64,000 nucleotides of DNA, from positions 64,001 through 128,000 of the forward strand of contig JBFOMH010000003.1 of assembly GCA_040830765.1 (NCBI GenBank), given 5' to 3'. Position 1 is the first letter of the stretch, and each line of letters starts with the position of its first letter. Source of the stretch: Puniceicoccaceae bacterium (GTDB taxonomy: Bacteria > Verrucomicrobiota > Verrucomicrobiia > Opitutales > Oceanipulchritudinaceae). Positions 29,965 through 40,547 of the stretch are shown here, one piece after another. Under the pieces are notes generated by a model. The model made no database searches and was not told where the DNA came from. It was given only the letters and a program-made list of their open reading frames with translations. Both the position numbers and the translations under genes were made by a program.

Positions 29965-31022
29965 CGGACAGGTTCCTCTGGATGAAATCGGCGTTCAAGG
30001 GAACTAAGATAGCGGCGGCGCAAGAGGTCAAGTGCGATGACGGCCAGCCAGGCATAGACCGTGACGAAAATGAACAATCCCATGCGGACCGCAAAGGCCA
30101 TGTAGACGTCATTCCCGTTGGCCGCGTCCTGAACAGCCGGGCCCAGCAGGATGAGCATCGTCACGGCTGAATTGATCCAGAATGGCGGGGTGAACCGGGT
30201 GGGGACAATGCGGTAGATGCGACTGGCAAGGAATATCCCGAAAAGCAGCATCGTCACGGTAAACATCCAGAGGCTGGTCCACAGGTCGAGCGCGATCCAG
30301 AAAAGAATGGCCAGCAAACCTCCCATAAAGGTTGAGCCCAGCAGTTCCCGCCCGGCAGCGCGGGCGTCGGTGATCGAGCCCTGCTGGCCAAGGGAGACCG
30401 ACTTCATGATCAGTGGGATGTAGAGCGACGGATTCGTCAGCGCGAGAAAGTAGGACGGGAGGACAATCAGGGTGGCCCGCAGGGCAATCCACATCCCGGG
30501 AGTATCCTCATCGGGAGTTGGTCTTGCCGCTGCGCCGCCCGGACCTGACGGCTCGGGAAAGAACAGGTAGACCAGATGATGACTGAGGACAGCCATCAGG
30601 ACCGCCATCACCAAGGCCACGACGATGATCTGGGCCAGGGCGAGACTGGCCAACCCGGCAGCCGTGAGAAGCGTCAACCCGACGGTCAGCAGTGATCCCA
30701 CAGCGCCCTTGCCCTTGTTGACACTGAGGTGGTTGGCAAGGAACACCCCGCCAGCGACAATCAGGAATCCACTGGCTGGAAAATGATCGAGAAGCGGAAC
30801 GACAAGCAGCCCCGCGCCGGTTGCCAGGCACAAGAGGATGAGCAGGCCCAACAGGCCCTTCAGCGGAAGTGGAGGGGCTGGCTTCAGTCCCAGCATGAGA
30901 GCCAGGATGGGAGCAATGTAGGGCAACGGCAACGACAGCCCGTAGGCCCCACCGAGGGAAAGGGCCATTGCCGAGGCAAGGCGGAAAACCCGCCGGGCGC
31001 CGATGGGCATGCCTGTATTCAT
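29958..31022 (-). CDS. DUF2955/FUSC-like inner-membrane protein
   Basis: Highly hydrophobic, two-repeat multi-TM protein directly downstream of HlyD. Confidence 0.65.
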   Translation of the reverse strand: MNTGMPIGARRVFRLASAMALSLGGAYGLSLPLPYIAPILALMLGLKPAPPLPLKGLLGLLILLCLATGAGLLVVPLLDHFPASGFLIVAGGVFLANHLSVNKGKGAVGSLLTVGLTLLTAAGLASLALAQIIVVALVMAVLMAVLSHHLVYLFFPEPSGPGGAAARPTPDEDTPGMWIALRATLIVLPSYFLALTNPSLYIPLIMKSVSLGQQGSITDARAAGRELLGSTFMGGLLAILFWIALDLWTSLWMFTVTMLLFGIFLASRIYRIVPTRFTPPFWINSAVTMLILLGPAVQDAANGNDVYMAFAVRMGLFIFVTVYAWLAVIALDLLRRRYLSSLERRFHPEEPVRC

Positions 31023-31026
31023 GAAA

Positions 31027-32202
31027 TCAATACGCGTAGGAGAAGAAGCTCAGGACGCGGATATAGAGCTTACCGAGAAAGTTCAGGACCGGCCGTTTCT
31101 TCGGATAGGCGATGACCGTGGCCTGCCCCCCGATCCGGAGCTGCTGCAGGAGTTCCTCATCGGTACGGGGATCAAAGCCGATGACCACGGGAAAGCGCTG
31201 GGCCTGGCGCAGCCAGTCGCGGTTATTACTGATCGACGGCAAGGCCCCGGGCGGTGGCGGATTCCCCGCACTGACCCCGAAACCGATGCTGCGGACGCTT
31301 CCCTTGAAGACCCTGCCCGGCATGGCATCGAAAAGGATTTCCACCGGCGAGCCTTCCTTCAGATGTCCGAGATTGTTCTCGGTGAATTCGGCATTGATCC
31401 AGAGATCATGGATGGAGATAAGGGTCAGTACCGGGCTACCGGTTCCGGCAAACTGGCCGACATCCGCCCGCAGGTCCGTTATCAAGCCGTCGGCTGATGC
31501 CGTTACGGTCGTATCGGCCAGATCGAGCTCGGCCTTCTCCACTGCAGAGGATGCGGCATTGAGAAATGCATTGTTCTGGTCGTCGATCCCTCCCTTTTGT
31601 TCAATCGTCAGGCGGACGTTTGCCCTGGCTGCATCAACCGCTGCGCGGGACTGCTTCAGGGAGGCATAGGACATCTCGAGGCGGCGCATGGAGATGGTCC
31701 CCGGATCATCCTCCCAGAGGCGCTGCTGGCGGTCATAGTCCTTTTCCGCCCGTTCGGCATTGGCCTCGGCGGCCCGGAGATTGGCCCGGGCGGCTTCGAC
31801 AGCTGCGTTACCGGCATCGACCTGACTGCGGGCCTTGTCCAAATCCGACTGCGCCTTGTCAAGGGCGATTCGATAGGCGGAGGGATCAATCTGGAAAAGC
31901 CTTTGCCCCTTTTTCACCTCCTGATTGTTCTCCACCCAGACATCCGTCAGGAGACCTCCCACTTTGGGGGCAACCCCGACGATGTATCCCTGGACACGCG
32001 CCTGTGAGGTCGAGGGAGTGTACCGATCCGCGAGCAGGTACCAGGCGAGGCTGAGGAGAATCAGCGCCAGAACCACCAGTCCACCCTTGCGGACCGTGGA
32101 ACGGGCAGCCGCCTGCTCAGCGGGAGGTTCCACACTGGCAGCTGGTTGCTGTTTCTCGACCGGCTCCTTCTTTTCTATCACTTCCTGTTCCTTCTTACTC
32201 AT
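31027..32202 (-). CDS. HlyD-family membrane fusion protein
   Basis: TM plus TPxT, lipoyl half-motifs (VAPKVGG..VKKGQxLFQID; TTVTASADG), coiled coil and AQRFPV. Confidence 0.92.
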   Translation of the reverse strand: MSKKEQEVIEKKEPVEKQQPAASVEPPAEQAAARSTVRKGGLVVLALILLSLAWYLLADRYTPSTSQARVQGYIVGVAPKVGGLLTDVWVENNQEVKKGQRLFQIDPSAYRIALDKAQSDLDKARSQVDAGNAAVEAARANLRAAEANAERAEKDYDRQQRLWEDDPGTISMRRLEMSYASLKQSRAAVDAARANVRLTIEQKGGIDDQNNAFLNAASSAVEKAELDLADTTVTASADGLITDLRADVGQFAGTGSPVLTLISIHDLWINAEFTENNLGHLKEGSPVEILFDAMPGRVFKGSVRSIGFGVSAGNPPPPGALPSISNNRDWLRQAQRFPVVIGFDPRTDEELLQQLRIGGQATVIAYPKKRPVLNFLGKLYIRVLSFFSYAY

Positions 32203-33751
32203 TCGGGGATTCCTCAGTGCTTGCGGGTGAAAGGGTTCCATCCGGCATGGGCTTCCTCAACTGGTCGGCCCAGTCGGTCCGCTCCTCCATGGAGGTCCGG
32301 ACCGATTCCGGAATCAACTGGTCGACCGGCATGTCCAGCCAGCCTCCTCCAATGGACTTGTAAAGACTGATCACCGCGCTGATGTGGCTGCTGTCATTGA
32401 GCAACTCCCGTTCCGCCTGGGCGGCGACCGCGCGCTGGGCGTCGATAACCCGCTGAAAGTCCGCGAGTCCCTCCCGGTAGCGGGAATTGGCCAATTCCAG
32501 AGAGCGACGGGCAGCGGCGGTGGAGGCCTTTTGCGGTTCCTTCTGTTCACGGGTCTTGACGACGCTGATGGCGGCATTGTCAATCTCCTGGGCAGCCAGC
32601 AGGACGGCATTTTGAAATGAAACGATTGCCTGCTGCAGGCGGGCATCCTCAATGCGGATATTGTTCCGGATGAGTCCCCCATCAAAAATGTTCCACTGGA
32701 TCGCCGGACCGATGCCCAAGGTAACCGTGCTGGCGCTCCCTGCCATTGAGTTGTCGGACCATCCAAGGCTGCCAAGAAGCGAAACCGACGGATAGAGGTC
32801 CGTGCCAGCCAGGCCAACCTTCGCCGTCTGGGCAGCAACCAGCCAAACAGAGGCGCGTACATCCGGCCGGCGCAGGAGGTAATTGAGGGGGACATCCTGC
32901 AGGGCCACCGGGTCCATCTCCGGGAGCAGGACGGTCTCCTCGTCGAGTTCGGGGAGTTGGCTGGGTGCCCGTCCGAGAAGGACGCAAAGGGCATTGCGCA
33001 ACTGGACCTTGCTGATTTCCAGGCCGGGAAGGGTCGAAAGAGTGGACATGTACTGCGTCTTGGCCTGCTGCAGGTCGAGCTCCGACTGCTCCCCACCCTC
33101 GAATAGCTTGCGGGTAATTTCAAAACTGCGGGCCTGGATGCTCGCGTTGCTCTCAGCGATGGCAATGCGCAACAACGTTGTCCGATAGGCAAAGTATAGA
33201 TCCGCAACCTGGGCGGCGAGGAGTACCTGGGCATTCTGCTGGTTGGCAATGGATGCCATGAATGCCGCGTCGGCGGCCTCCACTCCCCGTTGGTACTTTC
33301 CCCAGAAATCCAGTTCCCAGCCTGCATTCAAGCCAGCCTGGGCGCTGACAAAATCGGTATCCGGAGCACCCGAACGGAGGGAATTAACATAGGTAATGGC
33401 TCCCGTGGCCTGCCGGACTTGTGGACTGCGTGCGGAATCGGCAAGGCCCAGGGAGGCCCGGCTCTCGAGGATCCGCAAGCCAGCCAGCTGCAGGGTCGGA
33501 CTCTCCCTTCTCGCCAGCTCAATCAGTTCCTCCAAAACGGGATCATTGAACACTCTCCACCAGAATTGGAGATCGATGCTCTCCCCGCCCGCCGGACGGC
33601 CAAACTGGCCGTAAAGGTCACCCTCCCATGCTTGCAGGCCCGCAATATCCGGCTCCTGAAAATCCGGCCCAACGACCGTGCATCCGGCAAGGCCCAACAC
33701 GGCGAGGACAAGGGCAGCGACAATCCGCCTGATTGGTTTGGAGAAGGCCAT
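32195..33751 (-). CDS. TolC/NodT-family outer-membrane efflux lipoprotein
   Basis: Lipobox LAGC; WWxxFNDPVL, WELDFWG, RRPDVR and LYKSIGGGW motifs. Confidence 0.92.
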   Translation of the reverse strand: MAFSKPIRRIVAALVLAVLGLAGCTVVGPDFQEPDIAGLQAWEGDLYGQFGRPAGGESIDLQFWWRVFNDPVLEELIELARRESPTLQLAGLRILESRASLGLADSARSPQVRQATGAITYVNSLRSGAPDTDFVSAQAGLNAGWELDFWGKYQRGVEAADAAFMASIANQQNAQVLLAAQVADLYFAYRTTLLRIAIAESNASIQARSFEITRKLFEGGEQSELDLQQAKTQYMSTLSTLPGLEISKVQLRNALCVLLGRAPSQLPELDEETVLLPEMDPVALQDVPLNYLLRRPDVRASVWLVAAQTAKVGLAGTDLYPSVSLLGSLGWSDNSMAGSASTVTLGIGPAIQWNIFDGGLIRNNIRIEDARLQQAIVSFQNAVLLAAQEIDNAAISVVKTREQKEPQKASTAAARRSLELANSRYREGLADFQRVIDAQRAVAAQAERELLNDSSHISAVISLYKSIGGGWLDMPVDQLIPESVRTSMEERTDWADQLRKPMPDGTLSPASTEESPNE

Positions 33752-33754
33752 CAA

Positions 33755-34873
33755 TTACTGGCCAGCCTCGTCCGACTGGAGCTTTGCCGGCTCATCAACA
33801 TCCACCTCATCAACCCAGGCCATGAAGACAACATAACCGATGGCCAGAACCACCGCCCCAATGAAAAGCCCGATGAAGCCGGAAACAATCATGCCGCCGA
33901 GGGCCCCGAGAAGGATCACTGGCATCGGCGCTTCCACGCCGCGGCCAAGCAGCATTGGCTTGAGAATGTTGTCGGCGAGACTGGCGGCGATAAAGTATAC
34001 CGTCAGGACGGCGTTGAGCACGGGCGAGGCATCGCCAACTGCCCAGAGGTAGGCGATGGCCGGAAGGCCAACCAGCAAGGCCGGTATCTGGACAATCCCG
34101 AGGAAAAGCGCAATCAGGGCAAGGATCCCGGCGGCGGGAATGCCGCCGATGATGAAGCCAACCCCGAACAGCAATGCCTGGATAAAGGCCACCCCAAGTA
34201 CCCCCACCGCAACTGAGCGGATGGTCGCCGTGCACAACTTCTGCAGTTTCAGGCCGCGTTCCATCCCAGCCATTCGCTTGAATATCCGGCCCAGGGCGGC
34301 TGACCCGGATGCCCCATAGGCCATCATGACAGCGGCAATGATGAAGGAAACCAGCATTTGCAGGACCGCACCAAGGGCACTGGCGGCTGCTGAAAAGAGC
34401 CACTTCGAAAGGTCGCGAATCTGCGTATTGTAGTCCTGAAGAAACTCAGACATGCTCTCCGCTGCAGCCGACCAGACAGCATAGACCTTTTCCCCGATGA
34501 GCGGCCACTGCTCGACTTCCGGCTCCGGCGGCTCAACCTCGATGGTATTGTTCTCGAATGCAGCCTGGAGAGCTCCCGCCTGCCCGATGAAGGCCGTCGA
34601 AAGGAAAAAAAGCGGAGCACCAACACCAAGAACAGCGACGATGGCCATCAGGGTTGAAGTACGGCCTTGCCGGTTACCGAGACGGGCGGCGATCTTCTGG
34701 TGTACCGGGTAGAGCGCGACTGCGAGTATCAGGGCCCAGAGCATGATGCCGCTGAAAGGAGAAAAGACCCTCACGCAGTAGAAGGCCATGAGGAAGATAA
34801 TCGTAAAGATGATCAGTGCGTCGACGACGGCCCGGGAAAGCAGGCGCGGAGTCATGGATTTTTCCGAATTCAT
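33755..34873 (-). CDS. AI-2E family transporter
   Basis: ILAVALYP, DNILKP and GFIGLFIGAV motifs; multi-TM. Confidence 0.88.
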   Translation of the reverse strand: MNSEKSMTPRLLSRAVVDALIIFTIIFLMAFYCVRVFSPFSGIMLWALILAVALYPVHQKIAARLGNRQGRTSTLMAIVAVLGVGAPLFFLSTAFIGQAGALQAAFENNTIEVEPPEPEVEQWPLIGEKVYAVWSAAAESMSEFLQDYNTQIRDLSKWLFSAAASALGAVLQMLVSFIIAAVMMAYGASGSAALGRIFKRMAGMERGLKLQKLCTATIRSVAVGVLGVAFIQALLFGVGFIIGGIPAAGILALIALFLGIVQIPALLVGLPAIAYLWAVGDASPVLNAVLTVYFIAASLADNILKPMLLGRGVEAPMPVILLGALGGMIVSGFIGLFIGAVVLAIGYVVFMAWVDEVDVDEPAKLQSDEAGQ

Positions 34874-35028
34874 AGTATACCTGGATTGAGTAGTGAGAAG
34901 GAGGATCGACCGACAGCAGCCGGACATTGTCAAGGTAAACATACTGCCGCGGTGTTTCTGCCAAATCCTTGGGAATTGGGGACGGAAATGGGTTGAGATG
35001 CTGGAAGACAGTCCTAACATCCATTCTC

Positions 35029-35286
35029 ATGAATAAGAAGGACTGGGTGGAAGGCCTGCTGTTTGCCGGGTTCCGGCTGATGGCGGCAGGATGTGTCCTG
35101 CTGGGCGGCTTGAGTGCCGTTTTTCAGCTCATCGGGGCATGGTACCGGTTTGATCCGAATTACCTCGGTGCCTTCATAGCGGGGACCCTGCTGCGGCCGC
35201 TGGTGCTGGTCGCTGCCGGCATTGTCCTCCATCTCATCTCCGGCAAGCTGGCCCACCGAATGGCCGCCCGTTTCAACCGTTCCTGA
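35029..35286 (+). CDS. Small 2-TM hypothetical protein
   Basis: 85-aa ORF with two hydrophobic helices, ending 2 nt before the next ATG. Confidence 0.6.
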   Translation: MNKKDWVEGLLFAGFRLMAAGCVLLGGLSAVFQLIGAWYRFDPNYLGAFIAGTLLRPLVLVAAGIVLHLISGKLAHRMAARFNRS

Positions 35287-35288
35287 GT

Positions 35289-37115
35289 ATGAACAGGGTC
35301 CGACTGGTCAGCATCTGGCTGGTGGTGCTTGTCGGCACGGCCTATGCCCTGACCGGCGACATTCTGGAACAACCCGCTATTCCGGCCAACTTCCGGGAAC
35401 AGGCGGAGGAGGCTCTTCAGGATCGCTTCTTCCTTCTGGGAACATGGGAATCCGTGCCCAGAACTCCGGACGGTGGGCTCAACTGGGAACACCGAGGGGA
35501 GCGAGGGGACAAGGAACGGGCATGGATGCTCAACCGGCATGAATTCATTCTCTATCTGGCCCTGGCCTGGCAGGAATCAGGCGATGAACGCTACCGTGAC
35601 AAGGGGAATGCACTGCTCACCGACTGGATCCAAGCCAACCCCTACCCCAACCGCCTCACCTTCTCCCCGTCATGGCGGGCCCTTGAGGTGGCCCGGCGAA
35701 TCAACAACGCCTGGCTCCATGTGGCGGCAATACCCGGGTTCCTCGATCCGGAAACGCACTCGCTGATGCTCTCATCGTTGCCTGACCATGCCGACAGCCT
35801 CATGGAGCATGCTTCCTTCTGGGGCGGCAATCACCTGATCACCGAAAAGCTGGCCCTCCTCACCCTTGCCGTGACCTTTCCGGATCTAGAAGACGCCGGC
35901 CAATGGCAGGAACATGCCATCGAGGTCCTGACGGAGCAGTTCATGGAGCAGACCTATCCGGATGGCAGCTACAAGGAACTGAGTAATCATTACCAGCGCG
36001 TTGTTCTCTTCAACGCACGACAGTTCCTAAAGCTGCTCGCGGAGGTTGATCCAGAATTCCGCCAGCGGGAGGTGTACCATCGCATCGAAAAGATGTGGGA
36101 CTTTTTTGCCGGGGTCACCAAACCGGATGGTTATGGCCCCTTGAGCAACGCCTCTGACCGGGAGTTGAATGCCCTCCACCTTGAGGAGGTGTGGAACTTC
36201 CACGATCGGCCGGACTGGCTGGCCATTGCCACCCAAGGGGCCCGTGGGACCATCCCTGAGGGCTCCCCGTCACGCCACTTTCCCTGGGCCGGCCAGGTCA
36301 TCCTGCGCAGCAACTGGGGACCGCGTGCAGACTGGATCTACTTCGATGCCGGTCCCTATGGAACGGCTCACCAGCACATCGACCGCTTCCATGTCAGTGC
36401 GTCCATCAAGGGTCGGCAGGTGCTGACCGACGGCGGCCGCTACACCTACCAGCCAGGGATGTGGCGGGACTATTTCAAGGGCCCGGCTTCCCATAATCTC
36501 ATCCTCCTCGATGGCGAACCAGCCAGACAGGAGACGCGGGAAGTCCCGGAGCCGCTGCCGGTCACTTTTCAGGAAACGGACATAGCTTCTTTCACAGGAG
36601 CCCGCACTCAATTTTCTGATGAGGGGGCCTTCCCCAACTTGCAGGCACCGGCCACCTGGACCCGTTCCATTCTTTATGACCAGCGAGGGTTCGCCCTGAT
36701 CTTGGATCACCTGGTGACCTTCCGCAAACATCAGCTCACCGCCAACTGGCATTTCCATCCGGAAATTACCAATACAGAAGCTCCTCGCTACCTGCGACTG
36801 GTCCATCCGGTGGAAGGGCTTGAGTCAGTGCAGCAAAGAGGCAGCGAGTCTCCTCCGCTGGGCAGTTTTCACAGTACCGACTACAACAGCAGGGAACCAG
36901 CCGTCCTGCTCCGTTTCAGCGGCAAAGTGGATCGCCCCTCCACCTTGGTCTGGTGCCTGCAGGATCCTGAGTCACCCGTAGTGACTATTCAACTACCAGA
37001 TGAGACAGAGGGTCCGGTCGTCAGGCTGGAGATCCTGCTCGACAGACAACCGGCAGCTGAGGCTGTCATCCGGCTATATCCGGAACCGGAACTGTTGGAA
37101 TACACGGCATTCTGA
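35289..37115 (+). CDS. Heparinase II/III-family polysaccharide lyase-like protein
   Basis: Signal peptide; WMLNRH, NH, DGxYxELSxHY, HxHxD, DxGxYxY and SHN motifs. Confidence 0.8.
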   Translation: MNRVRLVSIWLVVLVGTAYALTGDILEQPAIPANFREQAEEALQDRFFLLGTWESVPRTPDGGLNWEHRGERGDKERAWMLNRHEFILYLALAWQESGDERYRDKGNALLTDWIQANPYPNRLTFSPSWRALEVARRINNAWLHVAAIPGFLDPETHSLMLSSLPDHADSLMEHASFWGGNHLITEKLALLTLAVTFPDLEDAGQWQEHAIEVLTEQFMEQTYPDGSYKELSNHYQRVVLFNARQFLKLLAEVDPEFRQREVYHRIEKMWDFFAGVTKPDGYGPLSNASDRELNALHLEEVWNFHDRPDWLAIATQGARGTIPEGSPSRHFPWAGQVILRSNWGPRADWIYFDAGPYGTAHQHIDRFHVSASIKGRQVLTDGGRYTYQPGMWRDYFKGPASHNLILLDGEPARQETREVPEPLPVTFQETDIASFTGARTQFSDEGAFPNLQAPATWTRSILYDQRGFALILDHLVTFRKHQLTANWHFHPEITNTEAPRYLRLVHPVEGLESVQQRGSESPPLGSFHSTDYNSREPAVLLRFSGKVDRPSTLVWCLQDPESPVVTIQLPDETEGPVVRLEILLDRQPAAEAVIRLYPEPELLEYTAF

Positions 37116-37192
37116 ATTACCCGGAAGGTTAAAGTTCTTATTGACCCCGGAGGCGCGCTCATCCATGCCCTAATCCTTTTACCGGAATAATC

Positions 37193-38299
37193 ATGCAGGC
37201 AGGAATCGTCGGACTACCCAACGTGGGCAAAAGCACCCTCTTCAACGCGGTCACCCGCACCCGCAAGGCGGAGGCGGCCAACTACCCGTTTTGCACCATC
37301 GAACCGAATGTCGGTATCGTCCAGGTGCCGGACAGTCGTCTGGAGCCACTGGCCAAAATCGCCAAGACGGAGACGATCATCCCGGCGGCGATTGAGTTTG
37401 TCGACATTGCTGGCCTGGTTGCAGGCGCCTCCGAGGGCGAAGGCCTGGGGAACAAGTTTCTGGCCAACATCCGCGAGGTCGATGCCATCATCCAGGTTGT
37501 CCGCTGCTTCGAGGACGAGGACATCATCCACAACATGGGCAGCGTCGACCCGGTGCGGGACATCGAGGTCATCACCACCGAGCTGGTGCTGGCGGACCTG
37601 CAGTCCGTGGATAATCAAATTGAGCGCCAGTCCCGCAAGGCCAAGGGGCAGGACAAGGAAGCTGCGGCTAATGTTGTCCTGCTGGAAAAGGTCCGCGTTC
37701 ACCTCAATGAAGGCAAGCCGGTCAACACCATGGAAGTGGCTGAGGAGGAGCGCCCACGGCTGAAGCAGTTTTTTCTCCTCACTACCAAACCAGTCATTTT
37801 CGCCTGCAACGTGCGGGAAGACGATTTAGCGGACCCGTCAGCCAATCCGTTCGTCAAGGCGGTGGAGGACTATGTCAAGGTGCACCACGACGCCGCCTCC
37901 TGCGTCATCTGTTCCAAGCTGGAAGAGGAACTGAGCGAGATGTCCCAGGAGGAAGCGGACGAATTCTTGAAGGAGATGGGGGTCGAGGACTCCGGGGTGA
38001 GCCAGCTCATCCACGCCACCTACGACCTCCTCGGCCTGGCCAGTTTCCTCACCGCGGGGGAGAAGGAAGTCCGCGCCTGGACCTTCCACAAGGGCATGAA
38101 GGCACCGGAGTGCGCCGGGGTCATCCATACCGATTTCCAGGACGGCTTTATCAAGGCGGAAGTAGTCGCCTATGACGACCTTCTGGCCGCCGGCTCCAAG
38201 GCCCACGCCCGTGAGGCCGGCAAGCTCCGCATCGAGGGCAAGGAATACGTCTTCAAGGACGGGGACGTCGTCGAATTCCGCTTCAACAAGACCAGCTAA
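37193..38299 (+). CDS. ychF: Ribosome-binding ATPase YchF
   Basis: [38 protein letters not shown] and TGS-domain motifs. Confidence 0.97.
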   Translation: MQAGIVGLPNVGKSTLFNAVTRTRKAEAANYPFCTIEPNVGIVQVPDSRLEPLAKIAKTETIIPAAIEFVDIAGLVAGASEGEGLGNKFLANIREVDAIIQVVRCFEDEDIIHNMGSVDPVRDIEVITTELVLADLQSVDNQIERQSRKAKGQDKEAAANVVLLEKVRVHLNEGKPVNTMEVAEEERPRLKQFFLLTTKPVIFACNVREDDLADPSANPFVKAVEDYVKVHHDAASCVICSKLEEELSEMSQEEADEFLKEMGVEDSGVSQLIHATYDLLGLASFLTAGEKEVRAWTFHKGMKAPECAGVIHTDFQDGFIKAEVVAYDDLLAAGSKAHAREAGKLRIEGKEYVFKDGDVVEFRFNKTS

Positions 38300-39312
38300 A
38301 GATTCAATTTCCGGTGCACGGCATCGGTGAATTCCATGTAGCGGACACCATCGGCAAAGTTGGTCAGGCGCACGGGCGTACCATTGCGGATGCTGTCGAT
38401 GAAGTCTTCTTCCACCCGCCAGCCGCGACGCTCCTCATCGGGAATCTCAACGGGCTGGCAATTGTCCCCATTTCGGCAGAAAAGGACCTCGTTAGCCTCG
38501 ATCTCCACCCGGATTGTCCCATTGGAACCCACCAGTTTGACAGCATTGGTCCCCGGTCCCGGTTCGATCCCGGAAAAATGGTAGTTGAGGGATGCCCCGC
38601 CACTGAAGCGGCCATAGATATGGAGGCTGTCCGGTAAATCGACGTCCACCGTCTCCCCGCTTTCCCAATGCTTCCGTTGGCGGGTGAAGATTTCCCCGGC
38701 GACGCGCTCGACTTCACAGTCCTCGGTTATCCAACGCTGCACCGCCTCGTGGTAAATCCCGAGGGTCAGCATGTTGATGCCGCTGTATCGGGGGTCCTGC
38801 CGCCACGTCAGCGGCGCCTCCGGGTCGACAAAGGCGGATGTGCAATGGTCGATAAAGACCTCCCGCAATTCCCCGACCTCGCCTGAATCCACCAGCCGCC
38901 GGACGGCCGCATCCAGATCGAGGGTAAACGGGGATGGCACGATCTGGGCCACCAGATGCGGGTTTGCCTCCGATGCTTCGAGCATGCAACGGGCCTCCTC
39001 TAGTGAGCTGGCCATGCGGGCCTCCGTCAGGACGTGCTTGCCGGCGTCGAGCGCGGCAAGGGTCATTTCCGCATGCATGTAGGGCCACGTCCCAATGCAG
39101 ACCGCATCCACAGCGGGATCCGCGATCACGGCCCGCCAGTCAGGAGCAACGCGACCGACGCCAAAAGCGTCCGCCACGGCCCAGGAACTGGCCTCGCTGC
39201 GGTTGGCCACTGAAACCAGCTCCACGCCGTCAATCGCCGCAAAGCCCGGCAAGTGCCGCAGGCGGGTGTTGGCGCCTGCCCCGATGAATCCGATGCCAAT
39301 CCGTTTCTGCAT
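38296..39312 (-). CDS. Gfo/Idh/MocA-family oxidoreductase
   Basis: Rossmann GFIGAG, DAVCIGTW..H and GKHVLTE motifs. Confidence 0.85.
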   Translation of the reverse strand: MQKRIGIGFIGAGANTRLRHLPGFAAIDGVELVSVANRSEASSWAVADAFGVGRVAPDWRAVIADPAVDAVCIGTWPYMHAEMTLAALDAGKHVLTEARMASSLEEARCMLEASEANPHLVAQIVPSPFTLDLDAAVRRLVDSGEVGELREVFIDHCTSAFVDPEAPLTWRQDPRYSGINMLTLGIYHEAVQRWITEDCEVERVAGEIFTRQRKHWESGETVDVDLPDSLHIYGRFSGGASLNYHFSGIEPGPGTNAVKLVGSNGTIRVEIEANEVLFCRNGDNCQPVEIPDEERRGWRVEEDFIDSIRNGTPVRLTNFADGVRYMEFTDAVHRKLNL

Positions 39313-39412
39313 CCGGACAGCATCCCCCTTATAGGGGTGGATGACAAGTGTGAGTTGTTCCCATGATTGATTTGACAAGCGACCCCGCAGGACCACCTTA
39401 AATCACCTTCCC

Positions 39413-39967
39413 ATGATTGAGGACCTGGAATCCATTATCGTCACCGAGCAGGAAATTCGCGAACGCGTTGAGGTGCTGGGGAACGAAATCTCCGAGGCTT
39501 ATGCCGATGTCGATGAGCTGACCATCATCGCCGTCATCAATGGGGCTGTCCTGTTCACGGCCGACCTTATCCGGCATATCAGCATCCCCATCCGGATAGA
39601 CTGCATGCGCGTCTCCAGTTACCGCAATGACACCAGTCCGGTCCAGGAACCCGAGATCATCGACATGCTGCGCCTCGATCTCGAGGACGCCCATGTCCTT
39701 ATCATCGACGATATCCTCGATACCGGCCACACCTGCGCCCGGGTCATCAAGGAAATCAAGAAACTCAAGCCGGCCTCCGTCCGCTTCGGGGCTCTCCTCG
39801 AAAAGGAAGGCCGTCGTGAGACCAAGGTGGGGGCCGACTTCGTCGGATTCCAGATCCCGGATGAATTTGTTGTCGGGTATGGGCTCGATTTCGCCGAGCA
39901 ATACCGCCAGCTCCCCTGCATCGGCGTCCTCAAGCCGGAATTGCAGAACCCGCCGACCTATATCTGA
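39413..39967 (+). CDS. hpt: Hypoxanthine phosphoribosyltransferase
   Basis: VSSY, LIIDDILDTGHT and FVVGYGLD motifs. Confidence 0.95.
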   Translation: MIEDLESIIVTEQEIRERVEVLGNEISEAYADVDELTIIAVINGAVLFTADLIRHISIPIRIDCMRVSSYRNDTSPVQEPEIIDMLRLDLEDAHVLIIDDILDTGHTCARVIKEIKKLKPASVRFGALLEKEGRRETKVGADFVGFQIPDEFVVGYGLDFAEQYRQLPCIGVLKPELQNPPTYI

Positions 39968-39983
39968 GGCCGCCGGGCTTGAT

Positions 39984-40238
39984 TCAGTAATGATATCTCA
40001 GTTGGGCGATAAAGATTGAGTCCGTTTCAACCTTGTAGACCAGCCGATGCTCGGCATTGATCCGCCGGGACCAGTATCCCGATGGCCCATGCCTCAATGG
40101 TTCCGGCTTCCCGATCCCCTGATAGGGGTCACGCTCAATGGCTTTCAGGAGCTTGTTGACTTTGACGAGCGTTTTCCGGTCATTTCGTTGCCAGTAAAGA
40201 TAATCTTCCCACGCATTGTCGGAGAATATCTTCTTCAT
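39984..40238 (-). CDS. yoeB: YoeB/Txe-family toxin
   Basis: AWEDYLYWQ, GIGKPEPL, WSRRI..EHRLVY and terminal RYHY motifs. Confidence 0.95.
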   Translation of the reverse strand: MKKIFSDNAWEDYLYWQRNDRKTLVKVNKLLKAIERDPYQGIGKPEPLRHGPSGYWSRRINAEHRLVYKVETDSIFIAQLRYHY

Positions 40239-40489
40239 TCTTCAACCAATTCCCTTTCCTGTCCCTTGCCGCGTTCCAGCTGCTCGATCGATTCCAGCAG
40301 GCGCTTCGCGTTTTTTGGACTTCTCAGCAAGTAGGTGGTCTCTTCCATTGCTTCATAGTCCTCCAGGGATATCATCACCACTGCCTTCGTCCCCTTCTTG
40401 GTGATAATCACAGGGGCATGATCTTCGCAAACTTGGGTGATCGTTCCGGCCAGGTTTTCCCGCGCCTGGGAATAGGTTATGGATTTCAT
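40235..40489 (-). CDS. yefM: YefM/Phd-family antitoxin
   Basis: YSQARENL, ETxYLLRSPxNAxRL; ATGA overlap with the toxin gene. Confidence 0.95.
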   Translation of the reverse strand: MKSITYSQARENLAGTITQVCEDHAPVIITKKGTKAVVMISLEDYEAMEETTYLLRSPKNAKRLLESIEQLERGKGQERELVEE

Positions 40490-40491
40490 GT

Positions 40492-40509
40492 TGTACAACA
40501 TCTTGTACA
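40492..40509. promoter_or_regulatory. YefM-type operator: two TGTACA palindromes
   Basis: TGTACA at 40492-40497 and 40504-40509, 12 bp centre-to-centre, immediately upstream of yefM. Confidence 0.8.
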
Positions 40510-40547
40510 TTAAGAATGGGGTCAATTGGTTTTCTTCAAACAGCACT

